20,000 nucleotides of DNA from an uncultured virus (IMG/VR IMGVR_UViG_3300029705_000102) (IMGVR_UViG_3300029705_000102); one strand, 5' to 3'. Shown: positions 1-8,411, counted from the first letter of the stretch. Notes: generated from the letters alone by a model not told the origin. Numbers and translations: made by a program.

Positions 1-186
1 TACCAAAAACTTCGCAATTTTGCTGTAAAAGCTTTACGTGAAGATTTTAAACTACTTAATAAAGCTTTTAATGATTTAGATAAGCAGAATACGAATAAAA
101 CTGCTACTCTAACAATTGAGCTTTTACCATGTGATACTTATAAAAATATAATAAATATCACAGATACATTACATTTGTATTTTTAA
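1..186 (+). CDS. 3' end of an upstream hypothetical protein (partial)
   Basis: Frame 1 is open from base 1 (YQKLRNFAVKALREDF...DTLHLYF) to TAA at 184-186, directly followed by the GGAGGAG RBS of the next gene. Confidence 0.7.
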   Translation, partial: YQKLRNFAVKALREDFKLLNKAFNDLDKQNTNKTATLTIELLPCDTYKNIINITDTLHLYF

Positions 187-200
187 GGAGGAGAAAAAAA

Positions 201-563
201 ATGGATTACTTGATAGAGCATTTTATAAGAGTTCTAGATTCTTATAAGACCTTGAGAAAGGAATATACAAGAAATAGTGATGGTAGCTATACCATTGATA
301 TTTATGATATCCCTCCAGAACTAGATCTAGAGCTTTCTAGACTTAGCTACGATGAGGTTATAGGACAGAAAGAGACTAAAGATAAACATGGACGTGTTAT
401 TGGAGTAGAAAAGATTACTCAAACTACAATGTGTTTTGTTGGTATCGGAGAAGGACTTAATCTTAGGCTTGTTCTCGATAAAGATACATATGCTAAAAAG
501 ATGAATCTAATAGATCCAATTCTTAGGAGATATTTTGCAGCACATCGAAACCTCGGCTTTTAA
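201..563 (+). CDS. Hypothetical phage protein (120 aa)
   Basis: ORF with strong RBS AAGGAGGAG (185-193) and a terminator right after it; no recognisable motif. Confidence 0.8.
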   Translation: MDYLIEHFIRVLDSYKTLRKEYTRNSDGSYTIDIYDIPPELDLELSRLSYDEVIGQKETKDKHGRVIGVEKITQTTMCFVGIGEGLNLRLVLDKDTYAKKMNLIDPILRRYFAAHRNLGF

Positions 564-609
564 AAATGATAAGGATAGAACGAAAATCGTTCTATCCTTA
601 TCATTTTTA
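561..609. terminator. Bidirectional intrinsic terminator between convergent genes
   Basis: Perfect 23-bp inverted repeat TAAAAATGATAAGGATAGAACGA / TCGTTCTATCCTTATCATTTTTA with 3-nt loop, overlapping both stop codons. Confidence 0.9.
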
Positions 610-1374
610 TACAGTAAAGATAAGAGGCTGATGCGCATTAGCAGCAGAAACATGAGCATCATCTAGTCTTTCTATAATCTCATCTCTCTTAGAAGCCTTA
701 CTCTCAAGATCCCCAATCTTAATATCGATATTTGCAAATACAGTTTCTAATCCTTCATAATACTTTAAATTTTCATACAAGAATTTAGCTACATCTGCTT
801 CAGCCAATTCTTCAAAAATTTCCATCATAGAAGGGGGAATAGTCATAAGATTAGGAGCATGTTTAATAAATATTTCTAATGGAAAAGAATTCATTCCTCT
901 CGTAATGTCTGCTCCAGTAACAGTTGAAATCTTAACCATATTAGGAGGTCTATATTCTACAAAGATCTGGTTGTTGAATAGCGACATATGGTCAGCTCTC
1001 ATTTGTAGGAGAGCAATATCATCTAAACCATAATTATTTGTCATAAAATCATAAGTTCCATATCCTTGTGCTTCTTGCAGCCTTAAACTATCTCTTGAAA
1101 ATAGAGACCAGTCTATATCTCTTACTCCTATAACTTCAACACCCTCTGGTACATATTCATCGATAAGGTAATAGCCATCTCTTCTTCTTTGAGCTAGGCT
1201 AATTTGTATATGCATAGAATTTGGAAAATATCTACTAAAAGTATCAAGTGTTTCGTTAGCTATAACTTCTTCGGCCCAAACAGATTTGCATATATCTTCA
1301 GGAAGATTTAGCTGTTTAGTGCCAAGACGACGCTCTATTTTATTCAATAAGGCGTTCATTTTATTCATTGGCAT
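607..1374 (-). CDS. Putative virion neck / head-completion protein (T4 gp13-like), 255 aa
   Basis: RBS GGAGGTG. The N-terminus (LLNKIERRLG...TLDTFSRYFP) recalls the ILRRLG...ALELYGEY start of T4 gp13 neck proteins, and the gene lies next to the terminase. The CDS is secure; the function is tentative. Confidence 0.5.
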   Translation of the reverse strand: MPMNKMNALLNKIERRLGTKQLNLPEDICKSVWAEEVIANETLDTFSRYFPNSMHIQISLAQRRRDGYYLIDEYVPEGVEVIGVRDIDWSLFSRDSLRLQEAQGYGTYDFMTNNYGLDDIALLQMRADHMSLFNNQIFVEYRPPNMVKISTVTGADITRGMNSFPLEIFIKHAPNLMTIPPSMMEIFEELAEADVAKFLYENLKYYEGLETVFANIDIKIGDLESKASKRDEIIERLDDAHVSAANAHQPLIFTV

Positions 1375-1402
1375 AATGATAACACCTCCATATAAACTTT
1401 AT

Positions 1403-1416
1403 TTATTATAAATGTT
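1403..1416 (-). promoter_or_regulatory. Late-promoter-like motif, spacing variant (AACA-N7-TAA)
   Basis: AACATTTATAATAA on the minus strand just upstream of the RBS of 607..1374; one nt longer than the other copies. Confidence 0.5.
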
Positions 1417-1426
1417 AAACGATTAA

Positions 1427-1451
1427 GAGGAGCATGAACAACATGCTCCTC
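1427..1451 (-). terminator. Hairpin downstream of terminase
   Basis: GAGGAGCATG / CATGCTCCTC 10-bp stem, 10 nt after the terL stop; weak U-tail. Confidence 0.65.
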
Positions 1452-1460
1452 CAATCTATA

Positions 1461-3638
1461 TTACCAATATTTACTTAAATTACCGACATTAATAGTATCC
1501 TTCATATACTCTTCTTCAGGATCGCTGTTAAAGTTTAAAAATACATCTGTTGGGATAGTTTGCACAGTAGTCTGTGCCTGAGGAACTACAACATGATACC
1601 TATCAGCCAAAGTCTTCTGAACTAGTTTATCATTTAATAGTCTATCCATAGCAGCTTGATCTCTTGCTGTTTCAGACTTCATCCAATCTTCATATAATTG
1701 ACGACCAGGAGCATTTTCCAACTCTTCGAGCTGTTCATTAATCTCCTCATTATCAGAAATATCAAGAGTTTGAGTCATATCAGACTGGGGTTCACGAATA
1801 TCGGTTACGGCTTCTTCCAGATCTGCATCTGTTCTAAGCACACGTCTTGTGATACCCCAGTTGTTCATTAAGTCTCCACCTTTATAATATACATAAAGCG
1901 CCCATAGCCATGAAAATACTTGGTCGTCGTGAGTATTGGAACTGTGTTCGACTTTACCATTCTTTTTAACTTCCATGCCGCAGAGTTCTTCATATATTGT
2001 AGGTGAAATAATTTTATCTTTATGGTATTCTACACGATCTCTTAATATCTCAACGAGTTCTTCACGCTCTGCTTTTGTAGAATCAGATCCGTAAACTTTA
2101 GTTTTCTGTGTTCTCTTATGAATAGCAGATCCCATTATTCTTTCTTCAACAACCTTATCCTTAATTGTATAGAATAGATTTTTCTTGATTGAAGTTTGTA
2201 ATAGGCGTGCTATAACACTAGATCCAAAACCGCCGTTACGTTCTATATTTACTACAGCATTGGGCAACCATTGAGAAACGATGTGGTGAATAACCATTGC
2301 TAATTCTGGTGTAGAAATAAAGTTGCTATTGAGTTCTGCAACTACTCTTGTACTATAAGAGTCTACTACCGTAATAGCAGATGAGTCTCTTTGATATCCT
2401 CCAGATACGTCAACACCAATAATCGGAGGATATTGAATATTGAATCTTTCAAATATCTTTAATTCATACTTGTTGAATAGAAGTATTGTATTAATCGGCT
2501 GTCTCAATAGACCTTTAATAGTATCAAGATCTTCAGCTCTAAAGGGAGAATTTTCAGAAGAATTCGACCATTCGAGAAGAACCTCGCGGCGGATATCATC
2601 CCACTTCTTATTCATCGCCATGCAAAGCTGCTTGAACCACTGTTCAGTCTTACCAAGCTGCTGATATGTATACTTAATATATACGAATGTAGAATTCGTA
2701 TTTGTCTCAATAATATTTTGAATTTGTTCCTTGCTAAGATCATACCATCTTTCGCTAAACGGAGTTGCAGCCTCTTTAAGGTTGAATGCCTCAATACCCT
2801 CATCTGTTGTAAGCATACCAGGAGTTGTTGTAATTAGCATACCATAAGGAGTTCCATTACGTCTAGCATTATTAGATGCAGTATTAAATGCAGGGACCAT
2901 GTTTGTATAAATAATCGTATTATACTGAATAAAGCCATACTCGTCTATATAAATTAAAGGCGTTGTACGACCACGCATTAGGCTGGCTGCTGCAACTTTG
3001 TTTCTTGCAGATGCTACTGTTCTAATACGGTTATTATTAACTGGGTGCTGCATAGTCTCTACGTTATTCTTTCCTCTAACCTTTACACCATCCGGTCCAA
3101 AGGCCTGGTCCATAACAAGATAACTTGGTAGCAGTTCACGTATATCTTTAATACGCTGCAAGTTTAATTTAGAGTCTTCAAATTTCTTATTTAAGAATGT
3201 CATTTCAGCATTTGCCGTTCCAAAATTAAACAAATACAAATACCATGCAAGACTCGAAATAGTTTTACCTGTCTGACGAGGCTGCTCTAAGAAAATATTC
3301 AAATTCATCATCAGACAGAAAAGAAGAGCTAAATTTCCACGGGTTAATTCGAATTTAACACCAGTCTTTTGACCAGAGTCTGGAATACGAACAACTTCTC
3401 TGAAAAAGTACCATGGATTATATATACATTCTCGTAAAACTTTTTGTTTCATGATCGAATTTAAATTAGGATCATGAGGATCAATTCTGGCCAAATCAGG
3501 ATCTAGCAATACGAGCATAAATCTATAGTTTCCTATACCAGTTTCTTTCAAATAATTTGAAACTTCCAGGAAACTTTTATTAGTCGTACTCATATGATAG
3601 TAGATTGTGGTCTGTGTTTTACCATACATTACGGCCAT
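1461..3638 (-). CDS. terL: Terminase large subunit (725 aa)
   Basis: Walker A QPRQTGKT, Walker B IYIDEYGF, coupling motif ITTTP, RNase H-like nuclease motifs IIGVDVSGG and HDDQV; RBS AGAAAGGAGG. Confidence 0.93.
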   Translation of the reverse strand: MAVMYGKTQTTIYYHMSTTNKSFLEVSNYLKETGIGNYRFMLVLLDPDLARIDPHDPNLNSIMKQKVLRECIYNPWYFFREVVRIPDSGQKTGVKFELTRGNLALLFCLMMNLNIFLEQPRQTGKTISSLAWYLYLFNFGTANAEMTFLNKKFEDSKLNLQRIKDIRELLPSYLVMDQAFGPDGVKVRGKNNVETMQHPVNNNRIRTVASARNKVAAASLMRGRTTPLIYIDEYGFIQYNTIIYTNMVPAFNTASNNARRNGTPYGMLITTTPGMLTTDEGIEAFNLKEAATPFSERWYDLSKEQIQNIIETNTNSTFVYIKYTYQQLGKTEQWFKQLCMAMNKKWDDIRREVLLEWSNSSENSPFRAEDLDTIKGLLRQPINTILLFNKYELKIFERFNIQYPPIIGVDVSGGYQRDSSAITVVDSYSTRVVAELNSNFISTPELAMVIHHIVSQWLPNAVVNIERNGGFGSSVIARLLQTSIKKNLFYTIKDKVVEERIMGSAIHKRTQKTKVYGSDSTKAEREELVEILRDRVEYHKDKIISPTIYEELCGMEVKKNGKVEHSSNTHDDQVFSWLWALYVYYKGGDLMNNWGITRRVLRTDADLEEAVTDIREPQSDMTQTLDISDNEEINEQLEELENAPGRQLYEDWMKSETARDQAAMDRLLNDKLVQKTLADRYHVVVPQAQTTVQTIPTDVFLNFNSDPEEEYMKDTINVGNLSKYW

Positions 3639-3682
3639 AAGATTAGCCTCCTTTCTTATAAAATGAAAAGAGAAATTTTATA

Positions 3683-3695
3683 TTAATTATAAGTT
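3683..3695 (-). promoter_or_regulatory. Late-promoter-like motif AACT-N6-TAA for terL
   Basis: AACTTATAATTAA on the minus strand; an identical 15-mer (tattaattataagtt) occurs at 12881-12895. Confidence 0.7.
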
Positions 3696-3709
3696 GGCTG
3701 CTAAAGAAA

Positions 3710-3737
3710 ATATGAGGAGTCCGAAGACTCCTCATAT
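3710..3737 (-). terminator. Intrinsic terminator of the protease gene
   Basis: 12-bp stem ATATGAGGAGTC/GACTCCTCATAT with a C(UUCG)G tetraloop on the minus strand, followed by TTTCTTT. Confidence 0.9.
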
Positions 3738-3746
3738 CGTGTGTGT

Positions 3747-4568
3747 TTAGACCTTCTTTTTCAGACAATAATTCTGAATCTCATTTGCAATATGATTTTC
3801 GAGATTTACTATAAAAATATCTCCAGTTTTAGCTACAAGCCTAACCTGACTGCCATTATTAATAACAGTTGCAGACTCGTACAAGAAATCAATCTGATTG
3901 ATCAAAGATCTGATATTAGCAGATTCATTCTTAATATAGCTAAGCACGCTAGCATTTGTAATAGGAATAAGCAGTCCATTTTTATTCATAGATTCGATAG
4001 GCTTATTAGCAAATCCTGCAGATTCTGTTACAAGCTTCGTAGTATATGCATGAGGATGAGAAGGATAGATAACTCTATCCCAAGTAATAACTTTAAGATT
4101 TTGAACGACATTACGACCCTTAATAGTTTCAAGAGATCCAAGAGCTCTCAAAGACCAGCTAGGAAGAACTCCTTCTCTAAGATCCTGGTCAAATTCTTCA
4201 CCAAGAGCATTATTTGTACCCTTAAAATGAGCCATAACATTATTTCCATCCATCCAAATCTTAAGGAAACGAGCTACGGTATTATTGGGATCAATAGTCT
4301 GCTGACGAATCATAGCACTATCCATAGGATGACCATTCTCGGACAGCATATTTCCCGTACTAAGCAATTCTTTTGTTCTTGCGCAATTTATTTCACGAAG
4401 AAGATCGTTATGAAGATAGCAGCGGCCATTTCTATTTTCTTCTTCTGCAGTTTGAATAATTCCTTCTCCAATTACTCTTTTGCCATTCTCAGAAATAACC
4501 TTTGCTTCCTGAGCTTCCAAAGGAGCACTTTCGAGGATTACATATCCAATCGTTTTATTCATAGGCAT
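3747..4568 (-). CDS. Prohead core protein protease (T4 gp21-like), about 273 aa
   Basis: Motifs GIIQTAEEENRNGRCY, ENGHP (His), SWSLRALGS (Ser), TWDRVIYPS (Asp). Start moved to ATG 4568 because GGAGGTG lies at 4577-4583 and the ORF-track start (4592) sits at the putative transcription start. Confidence 0.88.
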   Translation of the reverse strand: MPMNKTIGYVILESAPLEAQEAKVISENGKRVIGEGIIQTAEEENRNGRCYLHNDLLREINCARTKELLSTGNMLSENGHPMDSAMIRQQTIDPNNTVARFLKIWMDGNNVMAHFKGTNNALGEEFDQDLREGVLPSWSLRALGSLETIKGRNVVQNLKVITWDRVIYPSHPHAYTTKLVTESAGFANKPIESMNKNGLLIPITNASVLSYIKNESANIRSLINQIDFLYESATVINNGSQVRLVAKTGDIFIVNLENHIANEIQNYCLKKKV

Positions 4569-4592
4569 TGTATACGCACCTCCTAGTTTCAT

Positions 4593-4605
4593 TTATCGAT
4601 ATGTT
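4593..4605 (-). promoter_or_regulatory. Late-promoter-like motif AACA-N6-TAA for the protease gene
   Basis: AACATATCGATAA on the minus strand, about 10 nt upstream of the RBS. Confidence 0.7.
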
Positions 4606-4659
4606 GGCAGTTTAAGACTTTTTAGGCATTAAAAAGATATTACAAAGCCAACGATATAA

Positions 4660-5014
4660 TGAGAGATTATTTCGATTACGGGTATGTAAGCGTGTGGATA
4701 CAGGTGATCGATACTTTTATCAAAATGTATTTTGCATTTGATAAGAGGACATCTCTTATATAAGTTTATTAAGAACTCGAGAGCTTAATAAACTTTGGGA
4801 GGATATGAAAGCTGAAGAAGTATATTTCGTAAATATATAGACCCTAAACTATATATTTGCTATAGCGATATATACGTCTTTTCTAGATTTGGAGGTGATG
4901 GCCCAAATCTAGAGAAAATAATGAGATGACTAATGAATGAAATGTATGTAAGGTCCCTTTATACAGGGCCCGGCCTATAGGCTGAGTCTAAGCAGCCTAT
5001 AGGTTTTACTTTTT
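4660..5014 (+). ncRNA. Candidate structured non-coding RNA (~350 nt)
   Basis: No long ORF. Tandem hairpins at 4741-4759, 4762-4795, 4831-4858, 4882-4913 and 4952-4971; promoter-like AACG-N6-TG at 4650-4661; terminator at 4974-5014. Confidence 0.45.
4974..5014 (+). terminator. Intrinsic terminator
   Basis: CCTATAGGCTG / CAGCCTATAGG 11-bp stem followed by TTTTACTTTTT. Confidence 0.85.
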
Positions 5015-5020
5015 AAAAAT

Positions 5021-5033
5021 AACATATATTTGA
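5021..5033 (+). promoter_or_regulatory. Late-promoter-like motif AACA-N6-TG with no downstream ORF
   Basis: AACATATATTTGA directly after one terminator and about 40 nt before the next. Confidence 0.5.
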
Positions 5034-5114
5034 AGCTCGTGAGATTTTTTCTTTTCTGGTTTTATTCCTTTCACCCGTGTACTCAGTCCTAGAGTGCACG
5101 GGGCTTTTATTTTA
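5032..5114 (+). ncRNA. Candidate ~80-nt pyrimidine-rich small RNA with anti-SD tract
   Basis: Bounded by a promoter motif and a terminator (CCCGTGTACTC/GAGTGCACGGG, 5074-5102, whose G.U pair works only on +); contains TTCCTTTC (5065-5072); no ORF. Confidence 0.5.
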
Positions 5115-5123
5115 TATAATAGC

Positions 5124-5134
5124 TATATATTATA
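5124..5134 (+). promoter_or_regulatory. Possible early-type promoter motif TATATATTATA
   Basis: Upstream of the 5192 gene, which lacks the AAC[A/T]-N6-TAA motif; resembles the TATATTAC early motif of phiKZ. Seen only once. Confidence 0.35.
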
Positions 5135-5191
5135 AAAATAAGAAGTACGAAACTTCTTAATAAAAAAAAATAAATTTTGGAGGACTACGAA

Positions 5192-5782
5192 ATGGAACAC
5201 ATTGTAAGTTTTAAGAACAACAAGAAGCATGAATGTGATTGTGGCGAAAACTGTTCTTGTAATAAAAATACAGCTGTTGCTGCAAAAATCACATATCAAG
5301 AAGTAGCTATGGGCAAGATCAATCAGCTCATGGACTATGAGCAGACTCTATTCGAAGGAGTTCTTCCTAGAATGGAAGAAGCTCAGTTTAGAATTAGTGA
5401 TGAAGGATATTTTGTAAGACCTAAGAATTGCGAAGCTCCGCAGCTTGCGGCTTATTTTCCTGCAATGGCTCTTCATGGTGTTAGCCACGAACCTCATAGT
5501 TGCGCAATGACTATGATTGCTGCTACGGATAAAGGTCTTAGGTATGCACTTCCTGAAGAAGATGGTAAGATTGCAGATGGTGGGCTTGTTTGTACACCTT
5601 GTATGATTGGAAATGCTCAGAGACCTAGTGCTCTTCTTATTCCTCTTGCTCATCCTGATATTGTTAGAGATGGCGTTGAGATTGCTATGCAGATTCATAA
5701 TAATATGCTGGATCAGATTGACGCTATGAAAAATGGATTGAGCGATAATGCGGAGCATATTGCTGTAAACATTCCTGATTAA
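5192..5782 (+). CDS. Hypothetical protein with N-terminal Cys cluster (196 aa)
   Basis: RBS GGAGG 5179-5183 points to ATG 5192 rather than TTG 5177; HECDCGENCSC motif; own terminator. Confidence 0.8.
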   Translation: MEHIVSFKNNKKHECDCGENCSCNKNTAVAAKITYQEVAMGKINQLMDYEQTLFEGVLPRMEEAQFRISDEGYFVRPKNCEAPQLAAYFPAMALHGVSHEPHSCAMTMIAATDKGLRYALPEEDGKIADGGLVCTPCMIGNAQRPSALLIPLAHPDIVRDGVEIAMQIHNNMLDQIDAMKNGLSDNAEHIAVNIPD

Positions 5783-5791
5783 GCTTTTATC

Positions 5792-5834
5792 ATAAAGGCA
5801 GAAGTAGAAAAGGCTTCTGCCTTTATTTTTTTTT
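5792..5834 (+). terminator. Intrinsic terminator
   Basis: ATAAAGGCAGAAG/CTTCTGCCTTTAT stem plus T-run. Confidence 0.9.
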
Positions 5835-5866
5835 CTAAAGTCATTGAATTACTTTACTTGACGTCT

Positions 5867-5879
5867 AACTTATAAATAA
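5867..5879 (+). promoter_or_regulatory. Late-promoter-like motif AACT-N6-TAA
   Basis: AACTTATAAATAA upstream of the GGGAGG RBS of 5908. Confidence 0.7.
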
Positions 5880-5907
5880 TCAAAAATAGAGGGAGGCGGC
5901 AACTAGC

Positions 5908-8319
5908 ATGAAACAAGCACAAGTTAAAGATATTAATAATAGATTGCATTGTCTTACCAAAATCAATAATGCTCAGTCACAGAATAAGAATCGTTCTTTT
6001 CTAGAAGGAGCACAATTTGTTTTGAAACAAAACAGACCAGGAGATATTAAGCGGCACATTGAGGCGGCCGCTTATTCAAATCGTGAAGTTCCATTTTATG
6101 CAGTAATGGAACTATTCGATGCTTTAGCTATAAATGGGACTCCTAGCGATATTTCTAAAATGGCAAGCATTATTGCAGAAAATATTGTTCCTAAAACCAG
6201 AAATGCTAAAGAGATGCAAACTTTGATGAAACGCAAAAATACTTCTATTGCTCATAAAGTATATGCTAATTATGATCGTAAAGATGGCCATACAAGCGGA
6301 GGAATAAATTCTTCTAAAGCCGTAGCTGATCAGAAAAAAGCAGAACAAAATACTGCTGCTATCAAAGAAGGGTATCAAACCATTCTTGATGAAATCAATA
6401 TTTGTATTGCTTGCGATAGAGTTCTAGAAAACTATAATAGGATTTCGAAAAGATTTAATCTTGAGTATCTTATTAATGAAAATACAAAGCATAATGGTGT
6501 TAAAGACACCATAGTCGAATTATGCACAAGAATTGATACATATGAAATGCCAAATGCTGTAAAATTTAATACAGTTATTGAAACAGCGCTATATGGATTC
6601 AGTCAGAATAATATTGAATTCAATAAATCTGATATTATAGAAACTGCATTGAATTACTTTGCGTTCAAGCCAAATGGTTTAAAAGAATGCGGAGAAGTTA
6701 TGGATGCTACTATTTTCTATGATAAGGAATCTGATAGCAATGATAATATTAAAATGCTAATGGAAGATCAACCGGAAGATGATAGAAACGATATTCAAGA
6801 GCAGATTTCTGCATTTTATGCTGGAACAATTTCTGAATCTGTTGAATTCTCAGAATTATTCAATAAATTTAAGAAAGAAGAAGCATCTAAAGATGAAAAA
6901 ACTCTTATGACTCGTTTTAAGTCATTAATTTCTAAGCTTTATGCTAGAAACGTAAATAGCGTTGTAGAAGACACCCCTGATCTTTTACAGTGGATTAGAT
7001 CTTTCTTTATTATTGGATCTGCTGCAATTCCGATCGTTGGCCCTATTTGTATGATTATAGGGTTTATTGCAGATAGATTTATTTCTATTCATATGAATAG
7101 AGAAGAGTCTGAAAAAATGGCTAAATACTTTGCTAATGAAATAAAAGCTAGTAAAGCAAAATTGGAGAGCTCTAATAATGCTGAAGATAAGGAGAGACTT
7201 GAAAAATATATTAAATCTCTTGAAGAAGCTCATGAAAAGATTACTATGTATTACATGGATCTTCGTGGGGATAATGAAGAGTACGAAATTCCTAGTGCTG
7301 AATCTAATAAAGATGAATTTGATTTCGATGATGATTTCTTCGATGATGAATTCGAAGATGATGATCTTTTAGAGTCGGTTTTCTTTAAGAAAAGTGCTAA
7401 ATTAACAGAAGCTGTTGGAGAGTTCGTGCTCGATAATCCGCTTTCTGATTCTTCTATTTATAATCTTGCTTCAGAAGCAGATGATGAAGATCTTATAAAC
7501 CTATGTAGTCTCGCTACAATGTATCCTGATGAATTCCACAAGGATTCAATTTGCCAGGCTATTAGAGATAAATTAGTAGATATCAGATCTGATAAAATAG
7601 TTTTCGAATCTACAATATCTAGAGTTACAAAGATTGCTGCACTATATGATGCTCTCAATATTCTTGAGTCTAATTCTATATCAACTAATGATCCACATTC
7701 GTTGAAAGATATGATGATGAAAGTTTATTACTTTGGAGAGGCATATCAAGCAGTTGTAAGAATGAGTAATGCAATTGCTGAGAAGAATAATTCTATTCTT
7801 GAAGCATCTTTTGGTAATAGTATTAAGCTTGCATCGTTAAAACTTAAACAGGCTATGACAAAGCTAAAAGATAAGGATAAGCAAATTTCTCGAAATATCG
7901 ATATTAGCATGAATAACTTTAAGAAATCGGCAGAAAGAGCACTTACAAATGATAATAGAGAAGCCATTATCAAAGGAAGTGTATTGCCTTCTGCATCAAA
8001 GATTGTAAAGATAGCACTTGCTACTGGAATCACGGCTCTCATTAATCCCGTAATTGCAGTAATTGGCCTACTTGGATATCTCGGATGCTCTGCTAAATTT
8101 AAAGCAAAAGAGCGTCAGATGATTATTGATGAGCTAGAGATCGAGTTGAAAATGTGTCAAAAGTATATTGATATTGCTGAGCAGAAAAATGATATGAAGG
8201 CTCTTAAACAGTTGCTTCAAACTCAGAGAGAGCTTGAGCGTCAGAAACAGCGTATTAAATATAAAATGCAAGTTGACTTTGGTCAAAAGTATTATGATGC
8301 TAAGTCTGATGATGACTAA
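5908..8319 (+). CDS. Putative internal head / virion structural protein (803 aa)
   Basis: Located in the head cluster; many hydrophobic-x-E|S/A motifs, an acidic linker and two hydrophobic hairpin + coiled-coil modules. Function inferred. Confidence 0.55.
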   Translation: MKQAQVKDINNRLHCLTKINNAQSQNKNRSFLEGAQFVLKQNRPGDIKRHIEAAAYSNREVPFYAVMELFDALAINGTPSDISKMASIIAENIVPKTRNAKEMQTLMKRKNTSIAHKVYANYDRKDGHTSGGINSSKAVADQKKAEQNTAAIKEGYQTILDEINICIACDRVLENYNRISKRFNLEYLINENTKHNGVKDTIVELCTRIDTYEMPNAVKFNTVIETALYGFSQNNIEFNKSDIIETALNYFAFKPNGLKECGEVMDATIFYDKESDSNDNIKMLMEDQPEDDRNDIQEQISAFYAGTISESVEFSELFNKFKKEEASKDEKTLMTRFKSLISKLYARNVNSVVEDTPDLLQWIRSFFIIGSAAIPIVGPICMIIGFIADRFISIHMNREESEKMAKYFANEIKASKAKLESSNNAEDKERLEKYIKSLEEAHEKITMYYMDLRGDNEEYEIPSAESNKDEFDFDDDFFDDEFEDDDLLESVFFKKSAKLTEAVGEFVLDNPLSDSSIYNLASEADDEDLINLCSLATMYPDEFHKDSICQAIRDKLVDIRSDKIVFESTISRVTKIAALYDALNILESNSISTNDPHSLKDMMMKVYYFGEAYQAVVRMSNAIAEKNNSILEASFGNSIKLASLKLKQAMTKLKDKDKQISRNIDISMNNFKKSAERALTNDNREAIIKGSVLPSASKIVKIALATGITALINPVIAVIGLLGYLGCSAKFKAKERQMIIDELEIELKMCQKYIDIAEQKNDMKALKQLLQTQRELERQKQRIKYKMQVDFGQKYYDAKSDDD

Positions 8320-8322
8320 TAC

Positions 8323-8354
8323 AAAAGGAAGGATCTTTTTGATCCTTCCTTTTT
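8323..8354 (+). terminator. Intrinsic terminator
   Basis: AAAAGGAAGGATC/GATCCTTCCTTTT stem. Confidence 0.88.
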
Positions 8355-8368
8355 ATTTATGCTGGTTC

Positions 8369-8381
8369 AACATTAAATTAA
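8369..8381 (+). promoter_or_regulatory. Late-promoter-like motif AACA-N6-TAA
   Basis: AACATTAAATTAA upstream of the AAGGAGG RBS of 8412. Confidence 0.7.
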
Positions 8382-8411
8382 ATATTTTTCAGAAAAGGAG
8401 GAAAACTTTAT

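Noticed and set aside
163..173. GATACATTACA, similar to a phiKZ early promoter
   Set aside because: Lies within the upstream partial CDS; gene 201 looks co-transcribed with it.
3741..4586. 281-aa + strand ORF opposite the protease
   Set aside because: Exact antisense shadow; the minus-strand protein has the catalytic motifs, RBS, promoter and terminator.
4659..4763. 34-codon ORF MRDYFDYGYVSVWIQ...
   Set aside because: No RBS, the ATG overlaps the putative transcription start, and it overlaps hairpins; cannot be supported without ribosome profiling.
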